A stretch of DNA of 64,000 bases from Laetmonice hystrix (lineage: Eukaryota): contig OZ249436.1 in the NCBI GenBank assembly GCA_965235115.1, positions 40,302,001-40,366,000 on the forward strand, read 5' to 3'. Below the pieces are notes generated by a model that was not told where the DNA came from, did not search any database, and saw only the letters and a program-made list of their open reading frames with translations. Of the stretch, positions 53,601 to 61,323 are shown in pieces (within the stretch, counting starts at the first letter, position 1; each line of letters opens with the position of its first letter). The translations under genes and the position numbers were made by a program.

Positions 53601-56600
53601 ATTGTGTTTCTGTTACCAGTGGGATCTCAGGTGAGAATGAACAGGTATTTTTTAATTTTTGAAACTTTGTCAATACAAAATACAGTCAGATCGTAAATTG
53701 CCTGGTCCCAAGTGAAAACGGAAGAAGCGTTTAATATATTCCTCATCAGTGAATAGTTTGACATCAGGTCTGATGTGATAAACATGTTAGCAAGTGAAGT
53801 ACGGTAATTGGGTTGTTAGGCCCTACATTAGTATGGTATATTACCGGTATTGTTTACAAGCACTGAGAATTTTATATTTGTCAGTACTATGAGTACCGTA
53901 ATTACTATTTTCTGTGGTTCCCAAACATTCCTAAAAAAATATTATTGCTATACCTGTTCATGTCTCCTTTCTCCTCTTCTTCATGTACGTCTTGAAGAAT
54001 GATTCAGTTGGAAAATAATGTTTATTATCTTAATATCTTTAATAAAGATGGCGGCACCGTCATAAGATTAAAGAACATTTTTGAGTAACTTACTTGAAAA
54101 AGAGAGGAATGTGCCGTTCAGTCATCTTTTCTGATAAAGGCAGAAACATCACGATATCGTCTTTTCCTGAGATGAAGAATACAATTACTCTTCATGTTAA
54201 AACACAATTTTTACCCCCCCCCCCCCCCCCCCCAGATTGGCAAGTTTCATACTGCTGTATTTGTTGCCCTATACGTTTTATACAGAAGAGAGTTACACTG
54301 TAGTAGGAAGAAGTGTCGAAATATTGCCGGGATATTTATTTATGTGTCACTAAAATGGGTGGAGAGAGAGAGCGCAGTTGGTGAGGGGTGAAACAAATAA
54401 CCGGTATGTGCGTAGGCGGTATACGGCCGATCGGTTGACTTGAGTGCAAGAACCAGTGTGAATGCACGCACTCGTATCTCACCAGATGGCAGCACCTGTA
54501 CAGTAATTTTTACGACCCGCTTGCATGTCGTCTGGTGAGATGAACGCCCACAATGGTATTCTCATGTACGAAACACGTTTCCACATTTCCACCCCCCCCC
54601 CCCACACACACACACTGAACTTCTTTTTCACGACATGTTTTAATATATTTCCTCCTTGGGTTCCTAGATGTTCCCCCGTCATGCCCCATATCATCTGATG
54701 ATCCCCAAAGTTTCCAGACTGTAGTGTAGACAACCCTGCCAGTTTGACAACCTTTGTGTGAGATTGATGGGAGGCATACTGTTTTAACTGTATCCTAGGT
54801 ACGGTGTAATGTTAGATGTGCCCCCGTCATGCCCCATATCATCTGATGATCCCCAAAGTTTCCAGACTGTAGTGTAGACAAACCTGCCAGTTTGACAACC
54901 TTTATGTGAGATTGATGGGAGGCATACTGTTTTAACTGTATCCTAGGTACGGTGTAATGTTAGATGTGCCCCCGTCATGCCCCATATCATCTGATGATCC
55001 CCAAAGTTTCCAGACTGTAGTGTAGACAAACCTGCCAGTTTGACAACCTTTATGTGAGATTGATGGGAGGCATACTGTTTTAACTGTATCCTAGGTACGG
55101 TGTAATGTTAGATGTGCCCCCGTCATGCCCCATATCATCTGATGATCCCCAAAGTGTCCAGACTGTAGTGTAGACAAACCTGCCAGTTTGACAACCTTTA
55201 TGTGAGATTGATGGGAGGCATCCTGTTTTAAATCCTAGGTACGGTGTAATGTTAGATGTGGACCCGTCATGCCCCATATCATCTGATGATCCCCAAAGTT
55301 TCCAGACTGTAGTGTAGACAAACCTGCCAGTTTGACAACCTTTATGTGAGATTGATGGGAGGCATCCTGTTTTAAATCCTAGGTACGGTGTAATGTTAGA
55401 TGTGGACCCGTCATGCCCCATATCATCTGATGATCCCCAAAGTTTCCAGACTGTAGTGGAGACAAACCTGCCAGTTTGACAACCTTTATGTGAGATTGAT
55501 GGGAGGCATACTGTTTTAAATCCTAGGTACGGTGTAATGTTAGATGTGCCCCCGTCATGCCCCATATCATCTGATGATCCCCAAAGTTTCTAGACTGTAG
55601 TGGAGACAAACCTGCCAGTTTGACAACCTTTATGTGAGATTGATGGGAGGCATCCTGTTTTAACTGTATCCTAGGTACGGTGTAATGTTAGATGTGGACC
55701 CGTCATGCCCCATATCATCTGATGATCCCCAAAGTTTCCAGACTGTAGTGTAGACAAACCTGCCAGTTTGACAACCTTTATGTGAGATTGATGGGAGGCA
55801 TACTGTTTTAACTGTATCCTAGGTACGGTGTAATGTTAGATGTGCCCCCGTCATGCCCCATATCATCTGATGATCCCCAAAGTTTCCAGACTGTAGTGTA
55901 GACAAACCTGCCAGTTTGACAACCTTTATGTGAGATTGATGGGAGGCATCCTGTTTTAAATCCTAGGTACGGTGTAATGTTAGATGTGGACCCGTCATGC
56001 CCCATATCATCTGATGATCCCCAAAGTTTCCAGACTGTAGTGTAGACAAACCTGCCAGTTTGACAACCTTTATGTGAGATTGATGGGAGGCATACTGTTT
56101 TAAATCCTAGGTACGGTGTAATGTTAGATGTGCCCCCGTCATGCCCCATATCATCTGATGATCCCCAAAGTTTCTAGACTGTAGTGGAGACAAACCTGCC
56201 AGTTTGACAACCTTTATGTGAGATTGATGGGAGGCATCCTGTTTTAACTGTATCCTAGGTACGGTGTAATGTTAGATGTGGACCCGTCATGCCCCATATC
56301 ATCTGATGATCCCCAAAGTTTCCAGACTGTAGTGTAGACAAACCTGCCAGTTTGACAACCTTTATGTGAGATTGATGGGAGGCATACTGTTTTAACTGTA
56401 TCCTAGGTACGGTGTAATGTTGGATGTGGACCCGTCATGCCCCATATCATCTGATGATCCCCAAAGTTTCCAGACTGTAGTGTAGACAAACCTGCCAGTT
56501 TGACAACCTTTATGTGAGATTGATGGGAGGCATACTGTTTTAACTGTATCCTAGGTACGGTGTAATGTTAGATGTGGACCCGTCCCGCTGGACTGGCATC

Positions 56601-57203
56601 ATCCTGGCAGTATCGGCACTGATGCTCACCTACGCCGACCTCCCTGTTCCCGCCACGTGAGATGATTAATTTGATCTAATTAATCATTTTATATGCATGT
56701 ACATTTATGCGCAAGTATCTCCTCAAATGAAATTAGATCCAGTAATGTTTTGTTGACGTTAGTTTGGTCACTTATTAAATGACATTCTTTTCCCCCTCCT
56801 TTTGCAAAATTTTAAAATTTCAAATGGTTTAACCGATGCTTAAATCGTATCATAATGAACGTGAACTTGCAAAGAGTAAAATGTATAAAGATATTTTATT
56901 TACCAAACTAAATAGTTGCAATATTGCTGATTGGGAAATTGTACTTTCAGTGAGTTATACGGGTTGTCGTCTGGCATCCTGTTCATCAGCAGCGTCATCA
57001 TGGTACACTACACAACCGTGTCCGTATACCGCATCTCCTACTTCATCTCCACCAACCTCCTCATCCTCTCTCTCCCCATCCTTCTCCTTGTCCTGGTCGC
57101 CAAGCTCACTGGGACCCGAGGGGAAGCCAAGGAGGCAGGGGGTGACTCGGCCAGCATTGGGGGCTCGGAGAACCCTCAGGGAGAGGACAAGAAGTCAAAG
57201 TGA
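20641..57203 (+). CDS. PGAP1: GPI inositol-deacylase (PGAP1/Bst1 family), 25 exons, 946 aa
   Basis: Exons 20641-20775, 26520-26587, 30765-30785, 31027-31091, 31519-31607, 31830-31964, 32204-32458, 32766-32798, 32968-33020, 33119-33185, 33803-33967, 34892-34966, 35110-35162, 35574-35637, 35850-35930, 36363-36594, 36734-36803, 39717-39864, 48955-49048, 49222-49312, 49600-49800, 50665-50800, 51096-51250, 56555-56656, 56951-57203. All GT-AG, phases consistent, total 2841 nt. Family motifs: N-terminal TM then CEMTYMY, YGLYLYGEG, GIPVLFIPGNAGSHKQVRSLAS, lipase GHSMGG, ATPH, GGGYRD, WVSTDHLCHVWCKQ, and a multi-TM C-terminus ending KKSK. Confidence 0.93.
20973..22015. mobile_element. Non-autonomous TIR element (hAT-like, apparent 7-bp TSD)
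   Basis: Ends TAGCCAGTTTGGG...CCCGGACAGGCTA flanked by ctagtag on both sides. Exact boundaries are ambiguous because the flank is TAG-repetitive. Confidence 0.6.
22930..24400 (-). mobile_element. Decayed I/Nimb-like LINE fragment (ORF1 zinc knuckles plus APE endonuclease) inside the Academ-like element
   Basis: Minus-strand translation gives an ORF1 end with Cys/His knuckles and KEKDILKVKAEQRISFPE, then AAGGTAILVRQDI...LQARAIRL...ITICFIYIP...GDFNGH...DLCGSDHF (APE motifs GDFN and SDH), with frameshifts and stops. Confidence 0.85.
24668..24844. mobile_element. hAT5-like G/C-tract MITE (5-bp TSD)
   Basis: CAGGCGCGGATCC...GGATCCGCGCCTG with TSD aatct; absent from the mirrored left arm near 23125. 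Confidence 0.85.
26971..27325. mobile_element. piggyBac-like MITE (copy B, inverted relative to copy A)
   Basis: TTAA flanks at 26967-26970 and 27326-27329; reverse-complement homologue of 16248-17177 without the nested insertion. Confidence 0.8.
27498..27977. mobile_element. hAT6-like MITE (6-bp TSD)
   Basis: CAGACCTTAGG...CCTAAGGTCTG with TSD aatgtt. Confidence 0.75.
28680..28807. repeat. Long imperfect palindrome, probably the end of a non-autonomous element
   Basis: atatggcattgctcc...gagatgggcctatctcagcac pairs with gtgctgagataggcccatctcgcac...gccatat around a central gcctcgcctaaaggctcggc; a third partial arm lies near 28170-28200. Confidence 0.65.
29301..29467. mobile_element. PIF/Harbinger-like palindromic MITE
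   Basis: GGGCCCGTTTTACTAAA...TTTAGTAAAACCGGCCC with TSD ctg. Confidence 0.75.
33304..33725. mobile_element. hAT6-like MITE (6-bp TSD)
   Basis: CAAGGTTCATAC...GTATGAACCCTG with TSD atttta; internal cctggaaaagtcc subrepeats. Confidence 0.75.
34299..34829. mobile_element. Kolobok-like MITE
   Basis: TTAA|AGGGGCAT...ATGCCCCT|TTAA; RR termini with a TTAA target are typical of Kolobok. Confidence 0.75.
36142..36327. repeat. 36-bp minisatellite, ~5 copies
   Basis: Unit gtaaacaaaggtaagataagataaggggaattttta starting at 36144, 36181, 36217, 36253 and 36289. Confidence 0.9.
36936..38951 (+). mobile_element. PIF/Harbinger deletion derivative with transposase N-terminal remnant
   Basis: TIR AGGTGCTCTCACACTAG...CTAGTGTGAGAGCACCT with taa/tta flanks; ACTACG-rich subterminal arrays; ~37290-37475 encodes RRIERFWVRYWLLRRPGFGLYEHLIPELAHEDRAGFRNFLRVEPE, typical of the Harbinger transposase N-terminus. 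Confidence 0.85.
37511..37756. mobile_element. hAT5-like G/C-tract MITE nested in the Harbinger element
   Basis: CAGTGGCGTAGGAA...TTCCTACGCCTCTG with TSD ttttg. Confidence 0.8.
39382..39601. repeat. Tandem duplication, 2 x ~110 bp
   Basis: tataatttcaccacaaggtattgaaaaggcagtgtgcta...ttttggtgagg occurs twice in a row. Confidence 0.85.
41266..42654 (-). CDS. Uncharacterised 462-aa protein, nested antisense in PGAP1 intron 18
   Basis: 1389-nt open frame in otherwise stop-rich intronic DNA; aacATGa context with an in-frame upstream TGA; ttgcag acceptor 58 nt upstream (exon start 42712). Ser/Asp/Arg-rich and probably disordered, with a KKKKR basic cluster. No recognisable domain or transposon motif. 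Confidence 0.7.
   Translation of the reverse strand: MKTVGGLPHQFDLEVLQPLIEANLAGEYATQTREHLRPTPALPPDDCSEYWDCHPDDTMTDSQASRIDSWRGDVNDDRNIVIMTPSGKKKKRLVFLKYSPPGSPYTESGFRRMPVPRSSRAHQPASRNSKHETQSNDDLDMTSLSADVRSVSLDPTPNSERSASQTTQQTPSSTAPGDDEIKLTNRSRSNHLLNCFTIDDCMARHRYRLARGGGGPQAWHAAKSVPVRSFKSFPNPKNPMADVTNNDKTQGKGKRAKRGDSMRKGDSYDSFFPHSYAGDFDNNRNEAITKAMRTIFTTKEVVNNNARTGLFKQGKLYKEVSCIESKRFRKMNDTLHRWIDEEILEPRSRIGSIQSLRGHSSDMSERTGRYNGPKSMESPGFRHGKIGAPKFAFRSSSEELCDNNDLQVNDAPSGSSYLGQQEGPNRSDSFLEMLMEMDEHKAAGENKDSTSSKDTRASTWVE
46542..46725. repeat. ~38-bp minisatellite, ~4.5 copies
   Basis: Unit gaaacatcttgctcaggcatgagatattgctaaaaaaaa. Confidence 0.85.
51342..51710. mobile_element. hAT6-like MITE (6-bp TSD)
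   Basis: CAGGGCTCTC...GAGAGCCCTG with TSD tgtcat. Confidence 0.75.
52668..53321 (+). CDS. Atypical Rab-family small GTPase, intronless CDS, 217 aa, nested in PGAP1 intron 23
   Basis: First ATG at 52668. FDHLLKLVMLGDANVGKTSL (G1), YACNIGVEFFTKTV (G2/RabF1), YDTAGCERY (G3), LIVYDVT, LIGNKCDL (G4), ETSAK (G5), NVELAF; C-terminus SSSYCWR. Subfamily cannot be assigned by eye. Confidence 0.9.
   Translation: MCAESSYYEDNQFDHLLKLVMLGDANVGKTSLLRQFTQGTFWGNYACNIGVEFFTKTVSIDDSLCNVQLYDTAGCERYLHVTNLVQGYLKDAHCVLIVYDVTERAALQGLQFWLDMIYQYKHLFDPCFATLLIGNKCDLEEQRIIEYSEAKSYADQKDLSVMETSAKLGTNVELAFIKVMAHYLRNNIKKTSLSHKKDVIKLKSDSHPATSSSYCWR
54041..54046 (+). terminator. Candidate polyadenylation signal of the Rab-like gene
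   Basis: AATAAA about 720 nt after the Rab stop codon, at the end of an AT-rich 3'-UTR-like stretch. Confidence 0.4.
54665..56585 (+). repeat. Tandem array of 144/148-bp units, 13 copies, each containing the PGAP1 exon-24 acceptor and exon start
   Basis: tcctag|gtacggtgtaatg copies begin at 54799, 54947, 55095, 55239, 55383, 55527, 55675, 55823, 55967, 56111, 56259, 56407 and 56555; only the last continues into the full exon. Confidence 0.95.
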
Positions 57204-57829
57204 TGCTTTGAATATGTATCTCAGAAAATGTGTCTTTGGATCAAGTCAGATGTCCCAGATAGGATAAAGTCCGATTGATTAACATTGATGTGTTTATGTT
57301 GTGGTGATGAGCTTTTGGACATTGTTTACTGTAAACATTTGTACTCTGTGTTTTCTACTGGATAAAACCAATCATGCATTTGGCGATTCTTTCTTGCCAA
57401 TAGACTGGCAGGCGGACGGACAGACACTAGGGGGATACAGAATTGCACGAATGGTTTGTTGCCGTAACGTAACCCACGCCATTTTACAAAGAAGCGTTCC
57501 GTTAGCTTACCTTGGAGAAGGAAGTTTTACAGTGACAGCTTTTGAATTTAAGTAGTTCCTAGTATGCCATTGCATTATATGTGTGAATCAGAGATATACC
57601 GCTACTAATCTCTGAGGAGAAAGAAATTAATTTTGATTTGAGGTAATTTATCAGTGTAACAGGTATGATGATGATTGTCCTTTTTATTGGTGTTGTGTTT
57701 TGCTTTAGGTGTGTGTGATATATGTCTTGTGGAGCTATTAGTTTCTTGCTCGGGTTCTCTTTCAGTATTTCCATATATTCTCCTGTGATATAGCTGACAC
57801 GTCAAGGGTGGTCGATGTTTGGTCATACG

Positions 57830-57835
57830 AATAAA
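57830..57835 (+). terminator. Candidate PGAP1 polyadenylation signal
   Basis: AATAAA about 630 nt after the PGAP1 stop codon. Confidence 0.4.
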
Positions 57836-58836
57836 ACCACTCTGTGGTCGATGGATGTCATCAGTATCATTCCCATTCCATTAGAATTTATCGCACGCAG
57901 GCATGTGAATTTATGTGGCATTTATCTGATATACTAAGTACGTTTTGCATACTTGTTCAATCGCTTTGTATTTCATCAACGGTATCCTGTACCGCCCATT
58001 TACTAGTATCGGCGATTAAAAAGGGAAAAGAAAAAACTTTACTAGCCGACCTGTAAAGTTCCGAAGTGCCGACAACGGTTTTAGCATCTTGGTGACTGAT
58101 GATGCCTTGGCTACTGTATGTTATAGGTGTAAAAGATCAACCCTAAGCGATAAAATTATCACTATTACTATTTTAGGTATATACTACTTTTGAACATTCC
58201 GTGATTGTTACGAGTGTTGTTTGAGCTTTTTCTTATCGTTTTGAAGAAGCAAAAAAAAGCTTGAATTTACCACAAGTTCTTATTGAGAGTAAGAGGATGA
58301 ATTATTGGTAAGTGAAAACTGTCCTAAGGTAGTGTTACCTTTTGCTGGGGGAGGGGGGGGGGGGGGCTTGTGGCAGCCAAGCTGTTATCTAGACAACTGT
58401 AGCTTTATTTATCGCGATGAGAGACCATAAAAGGCAGTGATTAGCCCGACTGGTAAGCTTGATGGTGGATAATGAAGTGACGTCGGACAGTTGGCTGGCT
58501 CGTGAGTGGATTAATCGTATATAATTGAATGTGTGCGAGAGACAGTCGAGAGACACTTAATGTGGCCAGACATCAAAATACAATGTAGTCATGTAGAAGA
58601 GTAACTCTTGTGAAGATTTAATAATACATGTATATATTTAGATATTAATCTACTTATATTGAAAAGTGAAAGTCATCTTTCCACTGATATTGGACGAATT
58701 ATTGGTCCAAGGTCTCTGCTTGGACCAATAACTGGTCCAATTTCTAACAGAAATGTCATATTACGCCAGAATTATGCATATTTTCACCTCAAATTCTTTA
58801 AAAAAAAATTTCACTATCATATCGGGTGAAAGTCGG

Positions 58837-59597
58837 GACAGACATGTCAGCTGTTCTATGGCCAGACACGTCAGCTGTTCTATGGCCAGACACGTCAGCT
58901 GTTCTATGGCCAGACACGTCAGCTGTTCTTTTGGCAGACACGTCAGCTGTTCTATGGCCAGACACGTCAGCTGTTCTTTTGGCAGACACGTCAGCTGTTC
59001 TTTTGGCAGACACGTCAGCTGTTCTATGGCCAGACACGTCAGCTGTTCTATGGCCAGACACGTCAGCTGTTCTATGGCCAGACACGTCAGCTGTTCTATT
59101 GGCAGACACGCCAGCTGTTCTATTGGCAGACACGTCAGCTGTTCTATTGGCAGACACGTCAGCTGTTCTATCGGCAGACACATGAGCTGTTCTATGGCCA
59201 GACACGTGAGCTGTTCTATGGCCAGACACGTGAGCTGTTCTATGGCCAGACACGTGAGCTGTTCTTTTGGCAGACACGTCAGCTGTTCTATGGCCAGACA
59301 CGTCAGCTGTTCTATGGCCAGACACGTCAGCTGTTCTATTGGCAGACACGCCAGCTGTTCTATTGGCAGACACGTCAGCTGTTCTATTGGCAGACACGTC
59401 AGCTGTTCTATCGCCAGACACGTGAGCTGTTCTATGGCCAGACACGTCAGCTGTTCTATGGCCAGACACGTCAGCTGTTCTTTTGGCAGACACGTCAGCT
59501 GTTCTATGGCCAGACACGTCAGCTGTTCTATGGCCAGACACGTCAGCTGTTCTATGGCCAGACACGTCAGCTGTTCTATTGGTAGACACGTCAGCTG
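58837..59597. repeat. 24-bp minisatellite, ~31 copies
   Basis: Unit gccagacacgtcagctgttctatg with tttg, attg and atcg variants. Confidence 0.95.
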
Positions 59598-61238
59598 TAG
59601 AAGTACATATGTAATGGGATATATATGCCAGTCATACTTTTGTGCCTTACCTTAAGGGTGTCTTTCCCTATCGAGTAGGCTTACTAAACACATTTGTACT
59701 TACGGAAGCTACAAACTGTGTTACATATGGATACAGAGTGTCTGCACGATTCTTCACGCTGGTTACGTCCCTACCGAAATCTGAAAACGGTCGTGCAAAC
59801 GGATAAGTGGAAGACAAAATGTTTCAATCTATTGATATTGTATCTATGATGATATTTCACAGAGGGTATACTTGTAAAGGGAAATGGGATGTAACAGCTC
59901 ATTAATGTTTCATTTATAACATCACATTACGTTGATCATTTTTGGTAAAATTTTAGGAGACTTCACATAATGACTGCTGTTAATGTGAGCAATTTTTGCT
60001 TAGTCCGTCTTACAATACCGACTCTGAATAAAATTCTGTCCAAAAATTAAAAAAAATGAATGTTATGCACCATTATTCTTACAACCCGTGATTTAGATTA
60101 TGAAAGTTAAGTGTTTGTGTTGTTTCTGTAATGTGACGCCATGAGAGTGACGTTCCTCGCGCCATTGCTCCAGGAATGGTTAAGTTCTGGACTGCAGCAA
60201 GGTTCTAAGTTGCTTGCTAAATCATAAATACAAGTCGCTAGCGAGCTGCTAAGTTCATGTCATGAACCTTTGGATTTTTGCCGTACACATTAGAATTGAT
60301 GAACGTACGAATATTTTATTTCAGGCGGGTCGGAGCCCAGAACAATAATCGTGTTCAAATATCAACATTCAGCCTGCACAGTCCAGTGTCCTCATTCCTC
60401 ACTCCCATTCAGATTGCAGTCAGTGGGTCTAGAGTCGGTCGTACCTCATTGCCAAAGGTTTCTGCTTGGGAAGCTGCTAGAGAGAAAGGCATGGCATTAT
60501 GAATATCATTTTACCTTCTTCCTTACCAACTTTAATCACTCTCATTATTACAATCTCAAAGTTTTTCGGTAAGTCATTTTCAGCTCCAAACCTAAATAGG
60601 CCCTTCCCCTTCCCAAGAAATTCATCTGAGCAGAGAGAAGGCTTTGTCTGTGATACTCCCACCAAATGCCCAAATGCTACCTTTCATCCCTTTCACCAAC
60701 GAACAAAACCCATACAGGCCCGGTTCTATTGGTGCTTATTGAGGAACCGTAAAATATGTTCGATGTAGATAATTTATTCATCTATACGATGCACCCCCAC
60801 CACGGTCCTCCCCCACGCTCCAACCATTTGCGCCGCATTGTCTCCAGAACAGCCAAAGTTCAAAGCCTCGGGATAACATGCGTGCTCCGGTCGCCTTATT
60901 GGCTTGTGTCTGGCGCGCTCTTAATTATTGTCAACAAAATAGGATAGACACAGTCTTTGAACGCTTTAGTGCCGTCAAAACAAACGCGTTGATATAACGC
61001 ATGCAGATAATTACTAATTAGGCCTACACATTTTGTTGCTCTGCTACACACACACAACTGGAGGCTTTCAGTGAAGAACAGTTGCGGTACGTCATCGCGA
61101 GCACGTGTAAGCGCGGCAGCGGGCCTACGCAGACGCAGACAGCTCGAGCGCCAACGGCCTGAGATGAAGTGTGTCGTCTGCTCTAGTCAGATCGACGTCA
61201 GGCTCAGCGCCGGACCACCTTTATCTCGCCAGAATATC

Positions 61239-61323
61239 ATGGACTCTCTTCTTTTAATGTTTTTGCTTATCGGCTGTATTCTCCGTGGGACGTTAGCGGG
61301 TGTGCGTACATACAACGAACAAG
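61239..61323 (+). CDS. First coding exon (signal peptide) of a secreted or membrane protein; no further exon identified in the window
   Basis: atcATGg start; MDSLLLMFLLIGCILRGTLAGVRTYNEQ has a hydrophobic core and a TLA-G cleavage-like site; phase-1 donor caag|gtaggc; CpG-rich upstream region ~61080-61230. Confidence 0.65.

Noticed and set aside
54665..56585. CRISPR-like appearance and the minus-strand ORFs at 55080-55565 and 55808-56149
   Set aside because: Units are near-identical end to end with no unique spacers, there are no cas genes, and the context is eukaryotic. The ORFs arise only across the 144-bp units.
58753..59655. Long repetitive ORFs (RHVSCSMA)n and others, up to 300 aa
   Set aside because: They are open in several frames on both strands because the 24-bp unit is a multiple of 3 with few stops; no evidence of a coding gene.
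58649..59700. Helitron carrying the 24-bp minisatellite (A|TCTACTTATATT start)
   Set aside because: No convincing 3' hairpin plus CTRR end found.
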